The notes under the pieces were generated by a model, which saw nothing but the letters and a program-made list of their open reading frames with translations, was not told where the DNA came from and made no database searches. A stretch of DNA of 64,000 bases from an uncultured Actinomycetes bacterium (GTDB lineage Bacteria; Actinomycetota; Acidimicrobiia; IMCC26256; PALSA-610). The number at the start of each line of letters is the position of its first letter. The stretch's first letter is position 1. The stretch spans positions 984,496 to 1,048,495 of the forward strand of contig CAWEUJ010000004.1 in the NCBI GenBank assembly GCA_963812205.1, written 5' to 3'. This document shows positions 8,708 through 19,027 of this stretch, in pieces. Both the position numbers and the translations under genes were made by a program.

Positions 8708-9436
8708 GTGCGGCTCTGGATCGACACCGACGTCGGCGACAATCCCGACGACACCATCGCGCTGTGGTGCGCGGCGCAGGCCGCCGATGTCGATCTGGCC
8801 GGGGTCAGCACCGTCGACGGCGACGTCGAGCTGCGCGCGGCCTTCGTGCGGACGCTCCTACCCGACATCGACGTGGTCGCGGGCGCGCCGCCGGCGGGGC
8901 GCGTCGCCGACGTCGACGTGTTGCTCGGCATCGGACCGTGGACGCACCTCGCCGATCTCGCCGACGAGGGCGCGCTCCCGCGCCGGGTCGTGCTCATGGG
9001 CGGTGCGCTCGCACCCGTCAAGCACCGCGGTGAGCTGCGCCGCATCGAGCACAACGTCGGCGCCGATCCGGGCGCGGCCGCGCGCCTGATCGGCGGCACG
9101 GGCAACCTCATCGTCGTCCCGCTCGACGCCACCGCCCGCCTGCGGGCGCACGAGCACGACGAGACGGTGCTGCGGCGGTCGATCCCCGGGCTCGGCGAGC
9201 AACTCGACGCATGGCGCCAGGTCGAGGGCGACCTCCCGCTCATCCTGCACGACGTCGCCGCCCTCCTCGTCGCGCTCGGCGACCGGGTGGCGCGCATGGA
9301 GTCGCGCCGGCTCACGATCGAACCGGACGGCACGATGTGGGCGTCGGTCGACGGACCGCTCCAGCACGTCGTGGCGCACCTGAACGACGACGAGACACGC
9401 GCCAGGATGCGCGCGCTCGCGTCTGAGGGTGACTGA
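8708..9436 (+). CDS. inosine/uridine-preferring nucleoside hydrolase family protein
   Basis: GTG start one nt after the restored epimerase stop. The N-terminal metal-binding motif is WIDTDVGDNPDDTIAL (DxDxxxDD). 242 aa. Confidence 0.7.
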   Translation: MRLWIDTDVGDNPDDTIALWCAAQAADVDLAGVSTVDGDVELRAAFVRTLLPDIDVVAGAPPAGRVADVDVLLGIGPWTHLADLADEGALPRRVVLMGGALAPVKHRGELRRIEHNVGADPGAAARLIGGTGNLIVVPLDATARLRAHEHDETVLRRSIPGLGEQLDAWRQVEGDLPLILHDVAALLVALGDRVARMESRRLTIEPDGTMWASVDGPLQHVVAHLNDDETRARMRALASEGD

Positions 9437-9502
9437 CGGGATTCGAACCCGCGGCCTCCGGGACCACAACCAGGCGCTCTAACCAACTGAGCTACAGCCA
9501 CC
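9428..9502 (-). tRNA. tRNA-His (anticodon GTG)
   Basis: The reverse complement is G GTGGCTG TA GCTC AGTTGGTTA GAGC G CCTGG TTGTGGT CCCGG AGGCC GCGGG TTCGAAT CCCGT CAGTCAC C. It has the His-specific extra 5' G(-1) paired to C73. There is one U-C mismatch at 29:41 in the anticodon stem. Confidence 0.85.
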
Positions 9503-9600
9503 ATGTCTCCCCGGCCGAGGCGCGCCTCTGCCGGGACCACGCATTGTAGAGGCCGCCCCCGCAGGGCTTTCGAAAAAGTTCACCCGTACGGTGCCCTGCC

Positions 9601-10848
9601 GTGGGTCGCGGGCTTGTAACTTCGCCCGACCTGCAGCTTCGCCGGAGGTGGATCTTGGACGCATCGGGGGTCGGCTCGGGGGTCGGGCGGCACGCCGTCT
9701 GTGAGTTCTGGGGGGCCAAGCACCTCGATTCCGTCGAGCATGCCGAGCACGCGCTGCGCGCCGCCGCGGCCGCGGGCCAGGTCACGCTCATCGACGTGTT
9801 CGTGCACCAGTTCTCACCCCACGGCGTCTCCGGCATCGCCGTGATCGCCGAGAGCCATCTCGCGCTCCACACCTGGCCCGAGTTCGGCTACCTCGCCGCC
9901 GACCTGTTCACGTGCGGTGCCCACGTCGACATGGACGCCATCATCGGCGTGCTGCGCGACGCGTTCGAAGCCGACCACGTCGACATACGGTTCCTCGAGC
10001 GCGGGGTTCCGCCCGAGCTCGCCGCCCGCCGGTTCGAGGAGTTCGAGCCGGGGAGCGCGTCGCACGCGTCCTACGACATGTCGGTGGTGCTGGAGCAGCG
10101 CCGCACGCAGTTCCAAGAGGTCGTGCTGTTCGAGTCGCCCCGACTCGGTCGGGTCCTCGCCCTCGACGGCATCGTCCAGATGACCGACCTCGACACGTAC
10201 GTGTACCACGAGATGCTGGCGCATCCGGCGCTGTTCTCGCACCCGAACCCCCGCTCTGTGGCGGTGGTGGGCGGCGGCGACGTGCACCTGGTCGCGGAGG
10301 TGCTGAAGCACCCGGGGATCGAGCGCGTCTACCTGTTGGAGCTCGACGAGGAGATCGTGCACGTCGCGCGCAAGCACTACGAGGTTGCGCGCCTCGCACT
10401 CGCCGATCCGCGGGTCGAAGTCAGGCCCAGCGACGCGTTCGAGTCGATCGCGGAGCTGCGCGGTGAGCTCGACGTCATCATGGTCGATCTCACCGACCCG
10501 ATCGGTCCCGCCGCCCGGCTCTTCGAGGACGAGTTCTACGCGTTGTGCGAGCAGTCACTTCGCGCCGACGGCATCCTCGTCGCCCAGACGGAGTCGATCC
10601 ACTTCCATCCCGAGGTCGTGCGCGGCTGCTTCACCACGCTCGCGCGCCGGTTCGCGCACACCGAGCTGTTGTGGGCCGCGATCGCAACGTATCCGGGCGC
10701 GTTCTGGACGTTCGCCATCGCGTCGAAGCAACTCGACCCGCGCGTCGTACGCCGCACCGTCGACGTGGAGACGCGCCTCTACGACGCCGCCGCGCACGAG
10801 TGGTTCTTCATCCCCGAGCCGGTACGTCACCGCCTCCTCGGGGTCTGA
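9601..10848 (+). CDS. bifunctional S-adenosylmethionine decarboxylase (SpeH-type, pyruvoyl) / spermidine synthase (SpeE) fusion
   Basis: The N-terminal ~130 aa carry the self-processing site VIAESHLALHTWPE. The C-terminal ~280 aa carry VVGGGDVHLVAEV, MVDLTDPIGPA and LVAQTES. The start is uncertain: GTG 9601, or TTG 9655 preceded by GGAGG at 9644-9648. Confidence 0.85.
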   Translation: MGRGLVTSPDLQLRRRWILDASGVGSGVGRHAVCEFWGAKHLDSVEHAEHALRAAAAAGQVTLIDVFVHQFSPHGVSGIAVIAESHLALHTWPEFGYLAADLFTCGAHVDMDAIIGVLRDAFEADHVDIRFLERGVPPELAARRFEEFEPGSASHASYDMSVVLEQRRTQFQEVVLFESPRLGRVLALDGIVQMTDLDTYVYHEMLAHPALFSHPNPRSVAVVGGGDVHLVAEVLKHPGIERVYLLELDEEIVHVARKHYEVARLALADPRVEVRPSDAFESIAELRGELDVIMVDLTDPIGPAARLFEDEFYALCEQSLRADGILVAQTESIHFHPEVVRGCFTTLARRFAHTELLWAAIATYPGAFWTFAIASKQLDPRVVRRTVDVETRLYDAAAHEWFFIPEPVRHRLLGV

Positions 10849-10867
10849 GCGACTCGCCTGCGCGCGT

Positions 10868-11563
10868 CTACGACGCGGGGGGCGGAACCGCTTCGATGAA
10901 TTCGAGTGCGGCGTCGATGCAGTCGAACTCGCTCGGCGCGCGGAAGTGATCGACGCCCCGCAGCACGACGAGCTGTGTGTCCGGCAGCGCATCGACCAGC
11001 GGCTCGGGCGGCCCCGCGAAGTCGCGGTCGCCGATGATGACGAGCGTCGGGCACGTGACGCGCGCCGCGTCGGCAGGCGTGAAGGGTTCGGACGGGCGCC
11101 GTAGGCACGCCGCGATCGCCAAGGGGTCGTTCCCCGCGCTGCGCGCCAGCTGCACGAACAACCGGGCCGTGATGTCTTCGGGTTCGACGCCGCTCTCGAA
11201 GGTCTCGGCGAGCGTCTGCACGGGATCGGTGCGGAACATGTTCTCGCCGACACCGATGAGCACGAGCCGACCGAACCGCTCCGGCGTACGGGCCGCGACG
11301 CGCAGCAGCAGCTGCGCACCGAGCGAGAAGCCGACGGCATCGACCTCACCGTCGGGGAGCGCGGCCTCGACGGATGCGTCGAGGCGGTCGTACTCGGCCG
11401 GGTCGTGCGGAGCGTCGGCCGTTCCGTGGCCGAGGAGATCGACCGGGATCACCGGGCGGCCCGCGTCGGCGAGGAGGTCGACCCAGCCGCTGGCCCGCCA
11501 ACCGTGCTCGAACGACGAGCCGATTCCATGCACGAGCACAACGGGCTGGGTCCGCATGCGCAC
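10868..11563 (-). CDS. alpha/beta-fold hydrolase
   Basis: 231 aa. It has an HG oxyanion motif (VVLVHGIGSS), a nucleophile elbow GFSLG, and a C-terminal D...H (GDRD...VDHF). Confidence 0.8.
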   Translation of the reverse strand: MRMRTQPVVLVHGIGSSFEHGWRASGWVDLLADAGRPVIPVDLLGHGTADAPHDPAEYDRLDASVEAALPDGEVDAVGFSLGAQLLLRVAARTPERFGRLVLIGVGENMFRTDPVQTLAETFESGVEPEDITARLFVQLARSAGNDPLAIAACLRRPSEPFTPADAARVTCPTLVIIGDRDFAGPPEPLVDALPDTQLVVLRGVDHFRAPSEFDCIDAALEFIEAVPPPAS

Positions 11564-11925
11564 ACAGTACGGGGCAACAGAGAACGGCCCCCGTTCGAAT
11601 GTCGGGGGCCGCCGCTCTGATGTCCGGTTGTGGGCCGTTGTCGCCCTTGTTCACCAGCGAGCTCAGGGGGGAGAAGCCGCCGGGACATGAGATCTATCGG
11701 TCGCCCGGAGGCGGCCGTTCACCTCCGGCGGTCAACTGTGACGGGTTGCACTCTGCGCGAAGAGTCCGGTTCGCGCCACCTTCTCCGCTACCATGGGTCT
11801 GCACCGCACCGCCGGGTCTGTCCGCTGCACGTCAGCTTGGGCCTCAGCGAGCGTGAGATCGCTCCCCGGCGACTTCGCGAATATCGAAACTTTCGTGCGC
11901 GGTGCCGTCCAGAATCAGGAGCACT

Positions 11926-13218
11926 GTGTCAACCAGCTTTGCCGATCTCGGCGTTTCCGCCGACCTCATCGACGCGCTCGACCGGCGTCGCATCACCGAA
12001 CCCTTCCCCATCCAGGCCGCGTCGATCCCCGACGCCCTGGCCGGTCGCGACATCTCCGGCCGGGCCCCGACCGGCTCGGGCAAGACTCTCGCCTTCGGTA
12101 TCCCGATGGTCGAGCGTGTCCCCCGGGCGCGCCGCCTGCGTCCGGGTGGGCTCATCCTGGCGCCGACCCGTGAGCTCGCCGCCCAGATCCAGCGCGACCT
12201 CCTGCCGCTCGCCAAGACGCGCGGCCGGCGCGTGATTGCTGTCTACGGCGGTGTCGGCTACGAGACACAGATCCGCGAGCTGCGCCGGGGTGTCGACATC
12301 CTGGTCGCCTGCCCCGGTCGCTTGATCGACCTGGTCGAGCGCCGGGCCGTCGAGCTCGACGGTGTCGAGATCGTCGTGATCGACGAAGCCGATCGCATGG
12401 CCGACATGGGCTTCTTGCCCCAGGTGCGCAAGCTGCTCGATCTCGTCTCGGCGGACCGCCAGACGATCCTGTTCTCGGCGACGCTCGACGGCGACATCGG
12501 TCTCCTCGCCAAGAACTACCAGAACGATCCGGTGCGCCACGAGGTCGGCGACACCGAACCCGATCTCGAAGCGTCGACGCACGCGTTCTGGCACATCGAG
12601 GCGACCGAACGCCCGCGCCACACCGCGACGTTGATCAACGAGCACGGATCGACAATCGTGTTCTGCCGCACGCGCCACGGCGCCGATCGGCTGGTCAAGC
12701 AGCTCTCGGCCGCGGGTGTGACCGCGGCGTCGATCCATGGTGGTCGTTCGCAGGGGCAGCGCGATCGCGCGTTGCAGTCGTTCAAGCAGGGCGACGTCGA
12801 TGCGCTCATCGCCACCGATGTCGCCGCGCGCGGCATACACGTCGACGGCGTCGCGTGCGTCGTGCACTTCGACCTCGCCGAGGACGCCAAGGCGTACATG
12901 CACCGTTCGGGTCGTACCGGACGCGCCGGCGCCACCGGTGTGGTCGTCACGCTCGTCTCGGACGGATCGGTTCGCGACGTGCGGCGCCTGCAGAAGGACG
13001 TCGGGCTCGTGGGTGAGCTCGAGCGCGTCGGTCGTGCACCTTCGGGCGCGCCGAATGCCTCGCGGCCGGGCAACGACGCGACGACATCGACCCCGAGGCG
13101 TCCCGAAGCTCGGCCGGCCCGCGGTGCGCGCCGACCCGAGGCCGGCGCGCCGACGCGTCGCGCCGGACAGGGCGCCCGCGATCGCGCCCGCGGTCGCGGT
13201 CGCCAGCGGCGGGGCTAG
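11926..13218 (+). CDS. DEAD-box ATP-dependent RNA helicase
   Basis: It has a Q-motif region, motif I APTGSGKTLAF, motif II VIDEADRM, motif III SAT and motif VI HRSGRTGRAG, plus an Arg/Gly-rich tail. The GTG at 11926 is preferred over 11902 because AGGAG lies at 11917-11921. Confidence 0.9.
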   Translation: MSTSFADLGVSADLIDALDRRRITEPFPIQAASIPDALAGRDISGRAPTGSGKTLAFGIPMVERVPRARRLRPGGLILAPTRELAAQIQRDLLPLAKTRGRRVIAVYGGVGYETQIRELRRGVDILVACPGRLIDLVERRAVELDGVEIVVIDEADRMADMGFLPQVRKLLDLVSADRQTILFSATLDGDIGLLAKNYQNDPVRHEVGDTEPDLEASTHAFWHIEATERPRHTATLINEHGSTIVFCRTRHGADRLVKQLSAAGVTAASIHGGRSQGQRDRALQSFKQGDVDALIATDVAARGIHVDGVACVVHFDLAEDAKAYMHRSGRTGRAGATGVVVTLVSDGSVRDVRRLQKDVGLVGELERVGRAPSGAPNASRPGNDATTSTPRRPEARPARGARRPEAGAPTRRAGQGARDRARGRGRQRRG

Positions 13219-13262
13219 ATCCTCTTCACACGGACGGGCGGCGTGGCGCGCGAGCGCCGCGC

Positions 13263-13810
13263 CGCTTCCACGAACTCGTCGACGACCTCGTGGGGGCCGA
13301 TAGCCGCGCAACCACGATCGCGCCACGACCGGAACGGTCCCACCCGGGCGCAGTAGCGCTCCGGCGCCCGCCAGGCTTTGGGTGGTTTCGACCCGCAGTT
13401 CTGTCGAACGGAGAGCGTGCCCGATTCGGAGTCGGCGACGTCGTTGCCCGTCTCGGCGGCGACGAGTGCTTGATCCTCGCTGAACGTGTCGAGAGCGTCG
13501 CCGAGGCCCGAGAACTTGCGGATCGGTTGGCCGACAAGCTCGCCGAGCCGATCGCTTCGTTCTCGAGTTGGACCGCGCCAACGACACCTCCCTCATCCGG
13601 ATGATCATCGACCTCGGTCATCACCTCGGTCTCGTCGCCACCGAAGGCGTCGACGCGCCGTCGCAGTTCGACACCCTGCGAGAACTGGGATCGGACGTCA
13701 TCCAGGGGTACCTGTTCGCCCGCCCGATGCCCGCCGACCAGCTCGCGGCATGGTCGCGAGCACGAACCTCGACGGTTGGTCTGGGCGACCAGCCTGTCCG
13801 CCTGACGTAG
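13263..13810 (+). pseudogene. relic of a GGDEF-EAL signalling protein (truncated, internally deleted, frameshifted)
   Basis: Frame 3 reads ...GDVVARLGGDECLILAERVESVAEARELADRLADKLAEPIA, which is the GGDEF active-site half. It joins directly to frame 2, which reads FVLELDRANDTSLIRMIIDLGHHLGLVATEGVDAPSQFDTLRELGSDVIQGYLFARPMPADQL*, the last ~70 aa of an EAL domain. There is no N-terminus and no EAL/ELL catalytic motif. Confidence 0.6.
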
Positions 13811-14061
13811 AGCCCGCATCGGGAACACGTGCGCGCGATCCGCCTGCGAAGAGATTCGTTCGCGCCCTTGGCGAGACTCCTTTCGAACCTCCGGCTGCCA
13901 GAGGACACGCCGTGATTGGCACGTACCTTAGGGGTCGACGAAGGCGCGGCCAGTACGCCGGACACTGGCCTAGAAGTGCTCTGACCACGGAAAACGGGGT
14001 CTCAGGACGCCCCCAGGCCGCGAACAGGCCGCGGGAGGACGAGCTGGCTCGACGCGGCGAC

Positions 14062-14816
<755 letters not shown>

Positions 14817-14820
<4 letters not shown>

Positions 14821-17549
14821 GATTCTGCAGATGCGTCATGCAGCGTGCCGAGGTAAGCATCAGCGAGCCCTCGATCGCCACGAATGGTCGCAGGATCGCC
14901 TTCGAGAATCAACTCGCCGAAGTCGAGCACATAGATGTAGTCGCACACACCGAGCACCAACGAGATGTCGTGATCGACGAGCAGCACGGCCGTTCCGGTG
15001 TCTGCGATATCACGAATGCGCTTGCCGAGGCGCTGAGTATCAGCTGTATCGAGGCCCGCGGCCGGCTCGTCGAGCAGTAACACGGTCGGATCCGCGACGC
15101 ACGCTCTGGCGATCGACACGAGTTGACGTTCCCCTTGGCTGAGGTCTTCGGCGTGGCGATCGCGCACCTCGACGAGCCCAGCGCGATCGAGCGCTGCGGT
15201 TACGTGACGGTGACGGTGCTCGCGAGCAGTACTGAAGGCCGCGGCGCTGACGTTTTCCTCGACGGTCAGGTCGTCGTAGAGCTCGAGCGATTGGAAGGTT
15301 CGCGCCAAACCCTTTCGCACGCGCGCGTGGGCCGGGAGTCGGTCGATGCGAGCTCCGTTGAGCGTGACTGTTCCAGTCGAACGCGCGAAACCGGTGATCG
15401 CGTCAATGAGACTGGTCTTGCCCGCGCCGTTCGGTCCGATGAGACCGACGACTGCGCCCGAATCGACATGCAGCGTGACGTCGGAAACCGCGAGCACGCC
15501 GCCGTAGTTAACGGAAATGTGTTCGACCGCGAGCGCAGGGCCGGTCGCCGTGTCTGCCGCAGGTGGTTCGACGACGACGAGCGGCACCGGCCTCCGTTTC
15601 GTGCCGTGTCGCGGCCGCATGAGGTAGAGGTGTCCGAAGCGGCGCGCGAGGTTGTGCCCGCCCGACGCGAGCCCTTCAGGGTTCCGGATCAGCGTCGCAA
15701 TGAGCCCGATTCCTGTCAGCACGGCAAACCACTCGCCGACATGGACGGTGCGGTCGAGCGCCAGAAATGCAATACCGGAGCTCGCCAGAATTCCACCGAG
15801 TATGCCGCCCCAGACCGACGTGATGCCCGCGAGATAGACCGTCGCGAGCAAGGCGAGCCCGCCGAGCGCCGTGAACGACACGACGGTGATGACGCTCTGC
15901 CGGTACGCGAAGAGGCATCCGCCGATGCCGGCGATGAAGGAAGCGATCGCGAAGCTCACGATCTTCACCACGGTGACGTTGACACCGATGCCCGCGGCCG
16001 AGCGTTCGTTGGCGCGAACCGCGAGCATCGCCGAGCCGAGGGCACTCGTACGCAGGCGCGCCACTCCAATCGCGACAAGCACGAGCGTGAAGAGGCAGAG
16101 TATTCCGAACTGCATGCGCGGGAACGCCGCACCGGTGCCGACGCCGAGGTCGAGTCCGAACAATTTCGGCGTGGGTACGGACGCGCCGGCCGAACTCACG
16201 AATTGACCGTTACGGAACCAGGCAGCTTCGATCGCATAAGCAAGCGCCAGGGTCACGATGCCCAATGTGAGACCACGGAGTCGCAGCGCCGGCAGCCCGA
16301 CGATGACTCCTACTGCGGTTGCAATCGACGCGGCCAGGAGTGGCGCCAAAGGAAATCCGATGCCCCAACTGTTCATGATGCCGGAGAGCGCGAAGCCACC
16401 GACGCCCGCGAGTGTGAGTTGCGCGAGCGACACCTGCCCCGCGAAGCCGGTAACCACCACGTAGGAGAGGCCGAGAATGGCGGCGATGAACGTGCCGATT
16501 ACTGCGCTGCGCCAAGTACCTTCGGTTACGGCGAGCGCGACGACTCCCAGCGCCGTGCCGGCAACGGTGGGTACGAGCAACGACTGCGGCCTCGGTGCCC
16601 GTCCGAGCTGTTGGCGGACGAAACCGCTGCGCAACGGGATGCCGCGCCGACTGACGAGCAACGCGCCGAAGATCACGAGCAGCGGAATGAGTTCTGGCGA
16701 ACCGCTTTGCGGAAGCCACGAGTGTTGGGCTGCCAACGTCGACGCCTCGGACTGCAGCATGCCGATGCCGATGCCTGCTCCGACGGCCGGAACCATGTAC
16801 TCGAACTGACCGACGGCTGCGGCCGCGAGCGCGGGCACGACGGCCAAAGCGTACGCGGAGGGCGTGAGCGGGCTGATCGGCGCGATCAGGATGCCGGCGA
16901 TCCCCGCGACGACGGCGCTCGCCATCCAGTTCAGCAGCGCGATCCGGTCAGGGGAGACACCGCTCACGATCGCGCCTACCTGCGTCTCCGCCGCCGCTCG
17001 CGTGACCAGGCCGAAGCGAGTCCATCGATACAGCGCGGTAAGAGCGAGTGTGACGCCGAAAATCGTGATCGCGAGATAGAAACGATCAGAGAGAACGACG
17101 GCCGATCCCCAGTGCCAGGACTTCGACGGGAAGATCCCCGAAACACTGACCGGCGACTCGCCGACGCGATTCTCGATCAGCCCGCCCAGGACGACAAGAA
17201 CACCAAGCGACGCAACCGCGCGCGCCAATACGGGTGCCTGTCGAAGAGGTCGAAATACGAGCGCGTACAGCAGCGCGCCAAGCCCGGCGGTGAGCGCCAG
17301 CGCGAGGAGCGCGGCCGGTACGAAACCGAGTGAATGTCCGACGCCGACCTTCGTCGGGAGCCCAGGAATGAGGATGAGCAAGTCGCCCTCGCGAAGCGAC
17401 GCGTAGGTGTACGCGGTGAACAGCGAGATCGTTCCCGTCGCGAAGTTGACGACGCCCGAACTGCGATAGGTGAGGACCAGCGCAATCGCGAGCGCCGCGT
17501 AGACGCCGCCGTTGCCGAGGCCGAGGAGCAGGGAGGTGACGTGGGTCAT
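14817..17549 (-). CDS. Liv/HAAT ABC transporter fusion protein: LivH permease + LivM permease + LivG ATPase in one 910-aa chain
   Basis: The N-terminal ~290 aa are LivH-like (LLLGLGNGGVYAALAIALVLTYRSSGVVNFA). The middle ~320 aa are LivM-like (LSYVVVTGFAGQVSLAQLTLAGVGGF). The C-terminal ~260 aa are LivG-like (GLIGPNGAGKTS, LSQGERQLVSIARA, LLLDEPAAGLD). There is no internal stop. Confidence 0.85.
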
Positions 17550-17591
17550 GGCACCGGTTTGCGGTGACGGCCGACGACCTTCACCGCGTGG

Positions 17592-18890
17592 TCAGCCCGG
17601 GATCGGTTCGTTGTTGTCCACCTTGTAGCCCTCGGGCTCCCCCTTGGAATCGAGCGTCCCTGTCACTGTGCTGACCGAACAAATGGCCGGTCCCTCCGTG
17701 CTTGCCTTGCCATTGCAGCGGAAGACCCGGCCCCCCGAGGCCGGCAGCGTGGCGTTGTCCATCGACTTCATCGCGGCCGTGACCGACGCTGGTGTGACCG
17801 CGCCCTTCAGCGCCGCGGCTCCCAGGCTGATCGCGGCGACACTCTGGAAGACCGTCGTCGCCGGTTGGTCGGCAACGGGAACTTTGCCCTTGGCGTACTT
17901 GTCGAGAACGGCCGCGTATTGCTGCATCGAATGGTCGTTCATATCGCCGAACGGGGCCTCGGCTCCGAAACGCATGCCTTTCACGATGTCGCCGGAAACG
18001 GCTTTCCTCATCGCGTCGGTGATGCAGTACGAGATTGTGGTGAGGGTGCCCTGGAATCCAAGCGAGTGCAGTGCGTTCAGCGCGGGGATGCAGGTCACGT
18101 CGCTACCAATGATCGCAACGACGCCATCTGGGTTGTTCGCGATGACCTGTTGTATCTGCGGCGTGAGGTCTGCTTGTCCAAGCGGCACGGGGATCAGGGT
18201 GAAGTCCAGTCCCGCGTCCTTGAACCTCTGTTTCGTTGCATCGGTCTTGTAGATGTCGGTCGCGGTCGGAAAGTCGACGACGACGAGCGACAACTTCTTG
18301 GCGCCCTTGTCCTTCGCGACCGCGATCGGAAGGGTGACGGTCTGCGCCTCGGGGTCATAAGTGATGAACGTCGACTTCGCATCCTGGATGAGCGCCGGCT
18401 GCGTGGCCGAGTGGCTCACGACCGGAATACCGGCGTCGTGAAGGATCTTCCACTCGGTCTCGGTGATCCCGCTCGATCCGAGCACTACCGCGGCTGTCTT
18501 GTCGCGGATCATCTGGTTCGCGCAATCGGTGCCCTTGGCGGGGTCGTTGTTGTCGACGCACACATCCAGTGTCATCGGATGGCCGGCGAGCCCGTTGTTG
18601 TACTCGTTGAGCCAGTCGACACCGGCCTGCGCGGCGGGAGCCTCGTAGTTCGCAGTGCAACCGGAGCAGTTGCCGCCGGTGGTCAGCAACCCGACCTTCA
18701 CCGGGGTGCCGGTTGCCCGATGCACGGTACCGAGGAGATCTGCCGAATTCGGCGTGCCGGTCGAGTTCGTTGTCGGGTTCGTCGCGCTGGCGCTCCCTTT
18801 CGAGCTGCTTCCGCAGGCCGCGCTGCCGACAACGAGCAGCAGTGCGAGCCCAGCGGTGAGCGCACCGCGCCACTTCCTCGTGACCGGCAT
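17592..18890 (-). CDS. ABC transporter substrate-binding lipoprotein (type I periplasmic binding fold, LivJ/K-like)
   Basis: 432 aa. It has a lipoprotein signal (LLLVVGSAAC GSSSKG), and it is the first gene of the SBP / HMG-fusion / F operon. Confidence 0.85.
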   Translation of the reverse strand: MPVTRKWRGALTAGLALLLVVGSAACGSSSKGSASATNPTTNSTGTPNSADLLGTVHRATGTPVKVGLLTTGGNCSGCTANYEAPAAQAGVDWLNEYNNGLAGHPMTLDVCVDNNDPAKGTDCANQMIRDKTAAVVLGSSGITETEWKILHDAGIPVVSHSATQPALIQDAKSTFITYDPEAQTVTLPIAVAKDKGAKKLSLVVVDFPTATDIYKTDATKQRFKDAGLDFTLIPVPLGQADLTPQIQQVIANNPDGVVAIIGSDVTCIPALNALHSLGFQGTLTTISYCITDAMRKAVSGDIVKGMRFGAEAPFGDMNDHSMQQYAAVLDKYAKGKVPVADQPATTVFQSVAAISLGAAALKGAVTPASVTAAMKSMDNATLPASGGRVFRCNGKASTEGPAICSVSTVTGTLDSKGEPEGYKVDNNEPIPG

Positions 18891-19027
18891 TCGCGTGTCC
18901 TTCCCCCGAAAGTAGGCGTCCGCGGTCTTCCGCGAAAGCGTCAGTGGGCTGTCAACTTACGCGTGGCTCGAACACTTGGCAAGGCACCCGCGACCGCTGG
19001 AGCCGTTGTCGGCGCGCCTTGGAGAAA

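Noticed and set aside
7688-9502. A tRNA-flanked segment (tRNA-Lys ... tRNA-His) as a small genomic island or integration hotspot.
   Set aside because: There is no integrase, no direct repeat of a tRNA 3' end and no compositional change that I can see. The two enclosed genes are ordinary metabolic genes.
7723-9540. Very long ORFs antisense to, or out of frame with, the called genes. Examples: 7723-9540(-) 605 aa, 11929-13608(-) 559 aa, 15123-17333(+) 736 aa, 24858-26354(-) 498 aa, 26351-27985(-) 544 aa, 37029-39086(-) 685 aa, 39385-40869(-) 494 aa, 61306-63159(-) 617 aa.
   Set aside because: They are Arg/Pro/Gly/Ala-rich low-complexity translations with no recognisable motifs. This is typical of stop-codon-poor shadow frames in ~70% GC DNA. 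In every case the opposite or alternative frame encodes a protein with clear family motifs.
11586-11610. The hairpin with a TTCGAAT-containing loop as a tRNA T-arm fragment or att site remnant.
   Set aside because: The stem is 8 bp with a 9-nt loop, not a 5-bp/7-nt T-arm. It matches neither tRNA in the window, and no mobile genes are nearby.
18891-19027. A cobalamin riboswitch upstream of the B12-dependent mutase.
   Set aside because: The gap is only ~135 nt and I cannot find a B12-box-like element. Mutase genes are also not typical riboswitch targets.
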